A stretch of DNA of 42,114 nt from Candidatus Woesearchaeota archaeon (GTDB taxonomy: Archaea; Nanobdellota; Nanobdellia; Pacearchaeales; GW2011-AR1), in NCBI GenBank assembly GCA_964354195.1, contig CAYGYN010000076.1, positions 1 to 42,114 of the forward strand, written 5' to 3'. Numbering within the stretch: the first letter of the stretch is position 1; each line of letters opens with the position of its first letter. Of the stretch, positions 34,246-41,314 are shown in pieces. A program made the position numbers and the translations under genes. The notes under the pieces are model-generated. The model was not told where the DNA came from. It did no database searches and worked only from the letters and a program-made list of their open reading frames with translations.

Positions 34246-34470
34246 TTATTTTTTCTCGGTAAGCGAGTAAGCTGGGCCAGCGAATATCTTGCCTGTTTTC
34301 TTGCATTTCCAGATTCCTGCAGCGATTGTCTTTGCCTTTCCATTGCAGAATGGAGAGGGCTGGCTTTTTCTCTGCAATTCTTCTATTGCATTGAAGTTCT
34401 TTCTAACATTAGTGCCGTATCCGGCGCCAAATTTGCCCATTGCTTTTATTTTCTTTGTTTTGCTTCCCAT
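34246..34470 (-). CDS. rpl37ae: ribosomal protein eL43 (L37Ae), 74 aa
   Basis: MGSKTKKIKAMGKFGAGYGTNVRKNFNAIEE...AAGIWKCKKTGKIFAGPAY matches L37Ae. The 151-aa ORF in the track is an artefactual N-terminal extension that reads through the tRNA. Confidence 0.8.
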   Translation of the reverse strand: MGSKTKKIKAMGKFGAGYGTNVRKNFNAIEELQRKSQPSPFCNGKAKTIAAGIWKCKKTGKIFAGPAYSLTEKK

Positions 34471-34524
34471 GTTTTGTTTTTGTTGAAATTGATTTATTTT
34501 AACCATTCCGACAGAATGGCGGAA

Positions 34525-34598
34525 TGGGGATGCCCGGATTTGAACCGGGGTTGCGAAGTCCCAAACCTCGAGTGTTAACCAGGCTGCACTACATCCCC
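34525..34598 (-). tRNA. tRNA-Pro (anticodon UGG), no intron, CCA not encoded
   Basis: The minus-strand sequence GGGGATGTAGTGCAGCCTGGTTAACACTCGAGGTTTGGGACTTCGCAACCCCGGTTCAAATCCGGGCATCCCCA folds by hand into a cloverleaf. It has a 7-bp acceptor stem, a 5-bp anticodon stem with loop UUUGGGA, and a CCCGG/CCGGG T-stem with a TTCAAAT loop. Confidence 0.88.
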
Positions 34599-34642
34599 TT
34601 AATAGAGGGATTAATTTTGGGTATTTAAGTTTACTTCTTGGT

Positions 34643-35401
34643 TTACTTCTTTGCTGGCTTTTTCTCTTCAGGTTTTGCCCCTGCTCCAGCTCCGCTGGCA
34701 ACTTGGGCTCCTGCTGCTGGCGCTCCTGCTGGCGCTCCGGCTACTGGTGCTGCTCCAGGCGCTGCTCCTGCTGCTGGTGCCCCGGCTGCTGCGGCTGCTG
34801 CTGCCTTAGCTGCTTCCTCTGCTGCTTTTGCTTCCTCAAGAGCTTTCTTCTCTTTCTCTTGGCGGGCCTTTACAATCGCGAAATGCTCTTCCAGTTTCTT
34901 TTTCTTCTCTTCAGATGCTTCTGTAATCTCATTCTTTATTTCATTATCATAAACTCCTGCGTCTATTTCTTTCTCAACTTCCTTTGCTTCCTTGTTGTCC
35001 ACTAAAACGCCTAAAGAAACACAACTTCCAATAATTAGCTTGACTGCTTTTTTCATATCCTTTGCAAGAAGATTTGGCATCTTTGTTTTTGCAATTGAGA
35101 TTATGCGCTCAAGGGAAATGTTTCCTACCTTGAATTTCTTTGGCTCTCCCGAGCCTTTTTCTGCAGAAATTTCTTTTTTTATTAACTCGGCTACGGGAGG
35201 CGAGAAAACTTTCACCTTGAATGTTTTTGATTTTGGGTCAACATCAAGCTCAACAGGAACTTTCATTCCTGCAAAGCCTTTTGTTGCTTCATTAACATCA
35301 GAGATTACTTTGCCCATATTTATTCCAAGAGGACCGAGCTGCTGTGCTACTGCTGGGCCTGGCGCCATTTTCCCACCATCAACAATTAATTTAACTTGCA
35401 T
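34643..35401 (-). CDS. rpl11: ribosomal protein uL11 with a ~95-aa C-terminal extension
   Basis: The first ~155 aa (MQVKLIVDGGKMAPGPAVAQQLGPLGINMGKV...GSCVSLGVLVDNKEAKEVEKEIDAGVYD) are canonical archaeal L11. They are followed by an E/K-rich segment and an A/P/G low-complexity tail ending in KPEEKKPAKK. Confidence 0.85.
   Translation of the reverse strand: MQVKLIVDGGKMAPGPAVAQQLGPLGINMGKVISDVNEATKGFAGMKVPVELDVDPKSKTFKVKVFSPPVAELIKKEISAEKGSGEPKKFKVGNISLERIISIAKTKMPNLLAKDMKKAVKLIIGSCVSLGVLVDNKEAKEVEKEIDAGVYDNEIKNEITEASEEKKKKLEEHFAIVKARQEKEKKALEEAKAAEEAAKAAAAAAAGAPAAGAAPGAAPVAGAPAGAPAAGAQVASGAGAGAKPEEKKPAKK
34676..34831 (-). repeat. GC-rich low-complexity (GCN/CCN) tract encoding the Ala/Pro/Gly tail of uL11
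   Basis: Degenerate repeats of gctgctcctgctgctgg-type units on the plus strand stand out from the AT-rich background. Confidence 0.7.
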
Positions 35402-35403
35402 TT

Positions 35404-35898
35404 TTATTCTCCTGCTTTCTTCGCGCCTTCTTCAGACTCGGGTTCAGCTTCTCCTCCTTCTTTTTCACGCCTTATAACCTTTATGTTGTCCATCTTTATT
35501 GTGACTGGAATAGGGACTGATGCTCCAAGAAGAGAAACTACGACTTCCCCCTTTGTCTTGTCTACACGAGTTACTTTTGCTTTCTCTCCCTTGAATGTTG
35601 AGCCAATCATTTCCACTATGTCTCCAACTTGTATGTTAATATCCTCAACTTTTGGCTCAAGCATGTTTTTAATTTCTTCGTAGGTAAGTGTCTTGCCAAT
35701 TATTCCTTTTATATAAGGGAGATTGAAAACAGCTTCTTCAGCGCTCTCCCTATCGGCTGCTTCAAGAATTATGTAGCCTCTTAAGCCATGCGGACGTATG
35801 ACTGAAAAAACACTGAGCTGTTTCTTCTCAGAACGGTCTGCAACCATTTCGAGAGCGCGCTCTTCCTTATTTGTCGTTACTTTTATTATAAATATCAT
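35404..35898 (-). CDS. spt5: transcription elongation factor Spt5 (archaeal NusG)
   Basis: NGN domain MIFIIKVTTNKEERAL...GYIILEA and KOW motif GDIVEMIGSTFKGEKAKVTRVD, immediately upstream of rpl11. The acidic C-terminal tail is slightly unusual. Confidence 0.8.
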   Translation of the reverse strand: MIFIIKVTTNKEERALEMVADRSEKKQLSVFSVIRPHGLRGYIILEAADRESAEEAVFNLPYIKGIIGKTLTYEEIKNMLEPKVEDINIQVGDIVEMIGSTFKGEKAKVTRVDKTKGEVVVSLLGASVPIPVTIKMDNIKVIRREKEGGEAEPESEEGAKKAGE

Positions 35899-36034
35899 TT
35901 TTATTGAATCTCCTGCTCGCAAACCCACTCGAGATATTTACTGATTATTTCACTCGTGAATTTGCTCGTTACTCCCTCACGTCTGAAAACTGAAGAAGTA
36001 GTTAATAATATAGTAAATTGATGGTTTAAAAATC

Positions 36035-36406
36035 TTACTTTTTAGGAGGATTATATTTATCAAGAGAGGCTTTGAACTTTCTTACATTATCTATAAATCT
36101 TACAACAGAGATTCCTGCCGACGCTGCAAGTTCAACAACTCGAGGATTGCTTTCTGAAAGAGAGCCGTATGGTGAGATTTCCCTTATTTCCTTTCTGTGC
36201 TTAGAATAAAAGTCCTCTATTCTTCTTGCTCCGGGGGCGGTTGGAGGAACATTCACCCTTGGGGGTTCTGTGCTTTTCAGGGGATAGAAAAGAGTATAAC
36301 AATTCTCCTGCTCTTTTGTTGTTTCGTCCTTGCTCGGCTGCTCGCCCCGCCTTAGCCTTTCTATTGCCCTTGCCTGAATTTGCCTGAATGATTCTTTTTC
36401 TGCCAT
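36035..36406 (-). CDS. hypothetical protein (123 aa from the ATG at 36406)
   Basis: ORF 7 nt downstream of the wHTH gene stop. No family recognised. Confidence 0.45.
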   Translation of the reverse strand: MAEKESFRQIQARAIERLRRGEQPSKDETTKEQENCYTLFYPLKSTEPPRVNVPPTAPGARRIEDFYSKHRKEIREISPYGSLSESNPRVVELAASAGISVVRFIDNVRKFKASLDKYNPPKK

Positions 36407-36413
36407 CTTAGAA

Positions 36414-36866
36414 TTATTGGGTTGTATCCAGCTTGACAAGATATTCCTTGATTCTTTCCACTATCTGGGGAACAAGGAATTTCTCTATTTTTGTCGTGAA
36501 AATCTCTGTCAAAGAGGAAAATTCTGACATCCTGTATTTGTTTTCCAATTTTTCGACGAGCATTGCATCTCTTAATCTTTTAAGCTGCCTTCTTATATTA
36601 CTCTCTGCAAGCCCTTTTGCTTCAAGTGAATTTTGCTTCCTGAGGGCATCAACTTTATCTCTTATTTCAACGGAAGATAACATTACTTTCTGTTTTCTTG
36701 CATCTTCGAGAATAAGAAGAATATCTACAATAATATCACGGGAATCTCCTGGCTGCAGCAATCCCAGAGATAAGCAAACTTTCCTGACAAGCTCGCGCTT
36801 TGGGGCATCATAAGGTTTCTCATATTTTCTCAATGTTATCTCGCCCAAAGGCACATCTTTTACCAT
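36414..36866 (-). CDS. predicted winged-helix transcriptional regulator (COG1318-like)
   Basis: GEITLRKYEKP...RELVRKVCLSLGLLQPGDSRDIIVDILL resembles a conserved archaeal HTH family as I recall it. I prefer the ATG at 36866 over the TTG at 36872. Confidence 0.4.
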   Translation of the reverse strand: MVKDVPLGEITLRKYEKPYDAPKRELVRKVCLSLGLLQPGDSRDIIVDILLILEDARKQKVMLSSVEIRDKVDALRKQNSLEAKGLAESNIRRQLKRLRDAMLVEKLENKYRMSEFSSLTEIFTTKIEKFLVPQIVERIKEYLVKLDTTQ

Positions 36867-36917
36867 ATACAACCAAATACAATAATGGTTATAAAGCTAA
36901 CTTCTGAATGGAAGAGT

Positions 36918-37178
36918 ATGGCAATTGTATGCCCTAATACTCAAGACTGCCCTTTCTATGAAGCATTGCTTAAGAAGAGAGGTACACACCTAAGAAATGT
37001 TATAGCATATGATCCTGGAGCCAAACAATACAGGTGTGATGCATTATTTCATTTGGGAGCTGAAGAACTTGCTGCCTTAGGTTTGGTTGGAAGTGAAAGA
37101 AATTGTTCTCATCTTGAGATAATCAATAAGCTAGAGAAAATAGCAGATAAAGTAGAGGGTTTGGGGGCAAAGAAATAA
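36918..37178 (+). CDS. hypothetical small Cys-containing protein (86 aa)
   Basis: The TATA-like GTTATAAAG lies about 25 nt upstream of the ATG at 36918, which favours this start over 36885. It has 4 Cys (CPNTQDC...C...C). Confidence 0.4.
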   Translation: MAIVCPNTQDCPFYEALLKKRGTHLRNVIAYDPGAKQYRCDALFHLGAEELAALGLVGSERNCSHLEIINKLEKIADKVEGLGAKK

Positions 37179-37179
37179 A

Positions 37180-37533
37180 ATGGAATTAGTCGCATTCTTG
37201 GGAAAAGACAGGGAAACCTGGGGGCAGATAACTGCACTCATCAACAGGCAGGATTGGGACAGGATTATTCTCGTGAAGAACAAAGATGCTGATGAGTTTT
37301 CTTCCGGGAAAAAGTGCGAGATTGTGAATATAAATTCCGAGAAGCCGATGCTTGAGCTGAAGGAGGATATAATGGGAAAACTAAGGGGAAAATTAAGCGC
37401 GTTTGAGGTTGCGCTTTCGCTTGCTTCCGGGAATGGTAAGGAGCATATGGCAATGATTTCTGCATTGCTCAGCATCCCTGTCGGAGTAAGGCTTGTTGTG
37501 TTCACAAAAGAAGGCGTTGAGTTTATTAACTGA
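37180..37533 (+). CDS. hypothetical small alpha/beta (Rossmann-like) protein
   Basis: Alternating beta/alpha pattern (ELVAFLG / RIILVKN / EIVNIN / EVALSLASGNGKEHMAMISALL / VRLVVFT). The start is 1 nt after the upstream stop. Confidence 0.4.
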   Translation: MELVAFLGKDRETWGQITALINRQDWDRIILVKNKDADEFSSGKKCEIVNINSEKPMLELKEDIMGKLRGKLSAFEVALSLASGNGKEHMAMISALLSIPVGVRLVVFTKEGVEFIN

Positions 37534-37540
37534 GAAAAAA

Positions 37541-37894
37541 ATGAAATTGAAAAAATATCTTGAAAGGCAGATTAGAGAAAGAATGGTCGGGTGGGCATTA
37601 AGAGTTAATGAAGCTGAAATAATATTGCGCGCGCTTCCGGGAAAGGATATAGAGAGCTTGGGAAATTTTGAGGTTTGTCTTAACCCTCTTTTGGCTGGCG
37701 AGGGTGAAAAAATAGTAACATTAGAATACCATGGCTCTTTGGAAGAGGCTATAAAGCAAGCTGAGAAGAGATTTAAGGCTGTAAACAATAGAGAAGATGT
37801 TCAGGCAGGCTATAGTGTTTTTGTTAGACTGGGCAGACTTGAGGACAGATATGAAATTCCGCCAAAATATTGGAAGAAGTTCAAGGGAAAATAA
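37541..37894 (+). CDS. hypothetical protein (117 aa)
   Basis: The ATG at 37541 lies 7 nt after the upstream stop. The longer start at 37493 overlaps the previous gene. No family recognised. Confidence 0.4.
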   Translation: MKLKKYLERQIRERMVGWALRVNEAEIILRALPGKDIESLGNFEVCLNPLLAGEGEKIVTLEYHGSLEEAIKQAEKRFKAVNNREDVQAGYSVFVRLGRLEDRYEIPPKYWKKFKGK

Positions 37895-37910
37895 TTCTTA
37901 TAGTTTAATC

Positions 37911-39287
37911 TTACAAGATTGCGAAAAGCCACTTCACCAACATTAATGCAATTAGGGCAAGGAAGAACCATGTTGAGAACTTGAAAGCCCATTTTGCAAC
38001 TTTTTCTTTTCTTGTGACGCCCCAGATTGTGAGATAGAAGAACCTTCCGCCGTCAAATATGCCAAGTGGAAGCATGTTGACTAAAGCAACGCTGATATTA
38101 ATCACAACAAGCCACCATAGCATATCAAGAATGAAAGTCCCAAGGTCCCCTATCTTAGATTCATAATAAATGAAGGGGTCCCTGATTTTTGAAATAAATG
38201 TGTAAAAGAAAGAGAATAATCCTTTTGGTTTGGAATAAGAGAGCCCAATGCCGAGGAAAGGCTTTCCGCCCCTTGATGCGAGATTTATATTATACTCGTG
38301 TATTTGCTTGTCTGATGTTATTGTCCTTATTATTACATTATCTCCCGGGTTGAATGATGAAAGACTTGCATTCAGTTGCTGATAGTTTGTTATTTTCTGC
38401 CCGTTTATCTCGAATATTGCTCCTGCGAGCCCTGCGTTTATTGCTGGCGCATCATCAAATACAATAACTGAAGATTTTCCGCTTGCAAACGAGTCATTCA
38501 GCACCAGGATATCTGCAATATAACTCTTATTCTCAGATATTATCTTTATCAGGGTTGTATTTTCTATGAAGTTTGGACTTATATATGAAATTGAAGAGAG
38601 ATTAATCTGCTCAACAGAATACATATTGAAATTAACCCCTGATGGCGCAAATGCGCAGATAAAGAAGAGCCAGAGAATTGCTCCAAACAAGATTGTGACT
38701 ATGGCATTTGCAAAAGTTCCTGCCGCAAGAACAGATAATTGAGCAAACTTTGGGGATTTCTGCATTTGCTTGTCATCCTGCTCGACAAACGCGGCAAGGA
38801 AAGGACCAAGAAAACCAAATCCTGTTGAAAGAATTTTTATCTTATTAAGCCTTGCAAAGATTCCATGTGCAAATTCATGAACTATCGCAACTACTGCAAT
38901 TATTATAATCCAATAGGTGAAATAGAAAGGAGGAAGATAATCTATCTTGAAGAGTTCGGGCAGGTAAGGTATCAGAGGCATTATGACAGGGACTTTCAGA
39001 ACCTGGGCAAGATTAGGCGAAGCGATATAGATATAGGCTACTCTTACAATGAACCAAATTGCAGAAATCATCAAGATATAACCGGAAGCCAGGACAAGGT
39101 ATTGCGTTGGCTTGAGAAGTTTCTTGTAATGAGAGGTTGCCCAATCTATGAATTTTATTCCGACTTTGGTTCGATAGAGATAGAGCAAGCCGTCGCGCCT
39201 CAAGTTTTTTCTTCGCTTGTAGAGAAATAGCACAACAAACAATGTGAACAAAACTAGGAAGATTAAATCGTATGTGACAAAGCTCAT
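37911..39287 (-). CDS. site-2 protease family (M50) membrane metalloprotease with PDZ domain
   Basis: HEFAHGIFAR (HExxH), a PDZ-like AGLAGAIFEINGQKITNYQQL...PGDNVIIR, and the second motif NMLPLGIFDGG. Confidence 0.85.
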   Translation of the reverse strand: MSFVTYDLIFLVLFTLFVVLFLYKRRKNLRRDGLLYLYRTKVGIKFIDWATSHYKKLLKPTQYLVLASGYILMISAIWFIVRVAYIYIASPNLAQVLKVPVIMPLIPYLPELFKIDYLPPFYFTYWIIIIAVVAIVHEFAHGIFARLNKIKILSTGFGFLGPFLAAFVEQDDKQMQKSPKFAQLSVLAAGTFANAIVTILFGAILWLFFICAFAPSGVNFNMYSVEQINLSSISYISPNFIENTTLIKIISENKSYIADILVLNDSFASGKSSVIVFDDAPAINAGLAGAIFEINGQKITNYQQLNASLSSFNPGDNVIIRTITSDKQIHEYNINLASRGGKPFLGIGLSYSKPKGLFSFFYTFISKIRDPFIYYESKIGDLGTFILDMLWWLVVINISVALVNMLPLGIFDGGRFFYLTIWGVTRKEKVAKWAFKFSTWFFLALIALMLVKWLFAIL

Positions 39288-39298
39288 TATTTATTTAC

Positions 39299-39463
39299 CT
39301 ACTTTTTCTTGATTGGCCTGAATGCATGGCCAGAGCATCTTGGACACTTAATTTTTCCGGCAAGCACCCGCACCATTTGTGTCCTGATTTTCTTGTTGCA
39401 GTCCCTGCAGATAAAAACATTCTGAAACATCCTTGTCTGGGCAATTGGAATTTTTGTTGCCAT
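39299..39463 (-). CDS. rpl40e: ribosomal protein eL40 (L40e), 54 aa; absent from the ORF track
   Basis: Manual translation gives MATKIPIAQTRMFQNVFICRDCNKKIRTQMVRVLAGKIKCPRCSGHAFRPIKKK. It has a CxxC-x17-CxxC zinc ribbon with a basic tail, 1 nt downstream of the aIF5A stop. Confidence 0.75.
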   Translation of the reverse strand: MATKIPIAQTRMFQNVFICRDCNKKIRTQMVRVLAGKIKCPRCSGHAFRPIKKK

Positions 39464-39464
39464 C

Positions 39465-39854
39465 TTACAAAACCCTCATTATGACTTTCTTGCCTTCAAT
39501 GTCCCAATATTCCACTTGCTTCTCAGCAACTAAACTCTCTTTTAATTCTGGAATATAAGGAATTTCTATTGTTTCATAAGACTCGAGGTCCATTATTGAA
39601 GCTGTTGACTCAGAGACAGATAGAACCTGTGCGCGCTTCTTTTCAATCATTGGAACCTCGAAGCGCTCTGCGCCCGGGCAGGCCATAACTTTCTTGTTGC
39701 CTGTTATGACATTGATTGCTTCAATTCTGCACTTTGATGCGCCATGCTTTCCTGACTTGCTTATGTCGTTGCTTCGGACATTATATGCTTCACCATCAAT
39801 AAGCACTGTTGTGCCTGCTTTGGCATCATGCGCAGTAATTATTTTTAAAACCAT
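39465..39854 (-). CDS. eif5a: translation initiation factor 5A (aIF5A)
   Basis: The hypusine-loop motif SKSGKHGASKCR and an OB-fold C-terminal domain; 129 aa. Confidence 0.9.
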   Translation of the reverse strand: MVLKIITAHDAKAGTTVLIDGEAYNVRSNDISKSGKHGASKCRIEAINVITGNKKVMACPGAERFEVPMIEKKRAQVLSVSESTASIMDLESYETIEIPYIPELKESLVAEKQVEYWDIEGKKVIMRVL

Positions 39855-39880
39855 AACCTTCAGATAAAAAGTAGATTTAT

Positions 39881-39904
39881 AAAGATTTGCTCAAACAAAT
39901 CTTT
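39881..39904. promoter_or_regulatory. perfect 9-bp palindrome abutting the aIF5A TATA box
   Basis: AAAGATTTG-ctcaaa-CAAATCTTT. On the minus strand it lies immediately upstream of, and overlaps, the TTTATAAA box that sits about 25 nt from the eif5a ATG. Confidence 0.45.
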
Positions 39905-39990
39905 AATGCTCGGTTGGTAAACCTTCGCATATAAAGATTGCCTTTCAGTTTCATGCCAATATTTTTAAACTAACCTAATCAAAGAAAAAC

Positions 39991-40701
39991 ATGGAAATAG
40001 CAAACAAGAAGGACTTTGTGGAAATCAAGTTCACAGGATATGTAAATGGCAATGTGTTTGACTCAAACATAGAGGAAGACTTGAAGAAGTTGGACTCGCA
40101 GGGAAAGCCTCGGGAAACAATAGTTATTGTTGGTGAGGGCATGCTTGTTCCTGGATTTGACAAGGCTATCGAAGGAAAAGAAATAGGAAAAGAATATGAG
40201 GTTAATGTTTCTGCAAAGGAAGGATTTGGGGACAGAAAGAGAGAGCTTGTAAAAACAATTCCCTTGAAAATTTTTACAGAGAAGAAGATAAATCCTTATC
40301 CTGGAATGGTGCTTGCAATGGATGATAATTTGGCGAGAGTGATTACTGTCTCGGGAGCAAGAGTCCTGACTGATTTTAACAATCCGCTCGCAGGGAAAGA
40401 CTTGGTTTACAAATTTAAAATTGTAAGAAAAGTAATTGATGAAAAGGAGAAGGCAAAAGCCCTGCTGGAATTCATGTTCAAATTTGTTCCTGAGTTTGAA
40501 GTTGGCGAGAATGTCGTAATAAAAGGGCCCAAGTTTATTGAATCTTATGTAACTGCTTTCAATCCGAAGTTCAAGGAATTGATGGGCAAGGAGCTAAAGC
40601 TTGAAGAAGTCAAGAATGAGAAGAAAGGTGAAGAGAAAAAAGAGGTTGTGATTGAAAAGAGCGAAGAGAAAAAAGAAAATTCTAAAGTTAAAAAAGATTA
40701 A
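39991..40701 (+). CDS. FKBP-type peptidyl-prolyl cis-trans isomerase (long archaeal SlyD-like type) with a K/E-rich tail
   Basis: FVEIKFTGYVNGNVFDSN, GEGMLVPGFDKAIEGKEIGKEYEV, and an IF-insert-like segment. Confidence 0.85.
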   Translation: MEIANKKDFVEIKFTGYVNGNVFDSNIEEDLKKLDSQGKPRETIVIVGEGMLVPGFDKAIEGKEIGKEYEVNVSAKEGFGDRKRELVKTIPLKIFTEKKINPYPGMVLAMDDNLARVITVSGARVLTDFNNPLAGKDLVYKFKIVRKVIDEKEKAKALLEFMFKFVPEFEVGENVVIKGPKFIESYVTAFNPKFKELMGKELKLEEVKNEKKGEEKKEVVIEKSEEKKENSKVKKD

Positions 40702-40712
40702 TTAACTAATTT

Positions 40713-41168
40713 TTATGGGAGACACTTACGGAGTCTTTTCAAATCTTCTTCCTGCTCCTTGTGGAGTCTTTCAAAGGTTTTTTTGCTTGTCTCTTGATGT
40801 CTTTTGTAAATGCTGTGAACATAGTGGGCTGCTGCGTCAATTGCATTTGTTGCAGCAAGTAGACCTAAACATTTGAGACGGTCTGATGGTGATAGGGGAC
40901 CAAGCACCATGCTTCCAATGACAGGGATTCCCAATCCAATGGCAGATATATATGAGGCAATTACTGAGTACTGCTCATCCATTTCTGATAGTACGCTCTG
41001 GCCCTGCTTTGTATCTCTAGAATGATGAAGCATCCCTCTCACTCCTGAAAATGCCGCAAAAGGAGTGAGGGCACCATAAAATGCTCCTTTTGCCAATCCT
41101 CTCACGACAGGCATTGTTCCATTGTAAACCTTAGAAATATCACCCTTAACAATTTCTGTTAGCATCAT
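40713..41168 (-). CDS. hypothetical membrane-associated protein
   Basis: The ATG at 41168 (MMLTEIV) is preferred over the TTG at 41180. The TATA-like TTTTTATA lies about 25-30 nt upstream on the minus strand. It has Gly/Ala-rich hydrophobic segments. Confidence 0.45.
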   Translation of the reverse strand: MMLTEIVKGDISKVYNGTMPVVRGLAKGAFYGALTPFAAFSGVRGMLHHSRDTKQGQSVLSEMDEQYSVIASYISAIGLGIPVIGSMVLGPLSPSDRLKCLGLLAATNAIDAAAHYVHSIYKRHQETSKKTFERLHKEQEEDLKRLRKCLP

Positions 41169-41285
41169 GAAAGAAAGCAATTTTGGGAGTATAAAAAGTT
41201 AATTTGGGATTTTTGTCTTGAGCAGTAACAATTTTTTGTTTAATTGAGTTTATTACAAAGAACATTGTTTTCTGTACAACAATAC

Positions 41286-41293
41286 TTATAAAT
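41286..41293 (+). promoter_or_regulatory. TATA box for ftsZ
   Basis: TTATAAAT lies 22-29 nt upstream of the ATG at 41315. Confidence 0.5.
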
Positions 41294-41314
41294 GGTTTAA
41301 ACTTATTCTGAGGA

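Noticed and set aside
34525-34598. tRNA-Pro as a possible integration site for a mobile element (the envelope island or the neighbouring unknown genes).
   Set aside because: There is no integrase, no direct repeat of the tRNA 3' end and no transposase anywhere in the window. The flanking genes are core ribosomal and transcription genes.
34471-34701. N-terminal 77 codons of the 151-aa ORF 34246-34701.
   Set aside because: This part overlaps a well-folding tRNA-Pro and has no protein-like features. The true eL43 starts at MGSKTKK (34470).
34638-35005. Plus-strand ORFs encoding Ala/Pro-rich (34638-34952) and Cys-rich (34703-35005) peptides.
   Set aside because: They are shadow frames of the GC-rich low-complexity tract on the opposite strand of rpl11. 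The minus-strand frame is continuous with a canonical uL11 domain.
35929-36034. Possible C/D-box sRNA or missing secE upstream of spt5 (two CTGA motifs at about 35985-35997, and TGATTA / TTGATGG elements).
   Set aside because: There is no proper RUGAUGA C box, the box spacing does not fit a C/D sRNA, and no ORF with a TM helix (SecE-like) exists in any frame.
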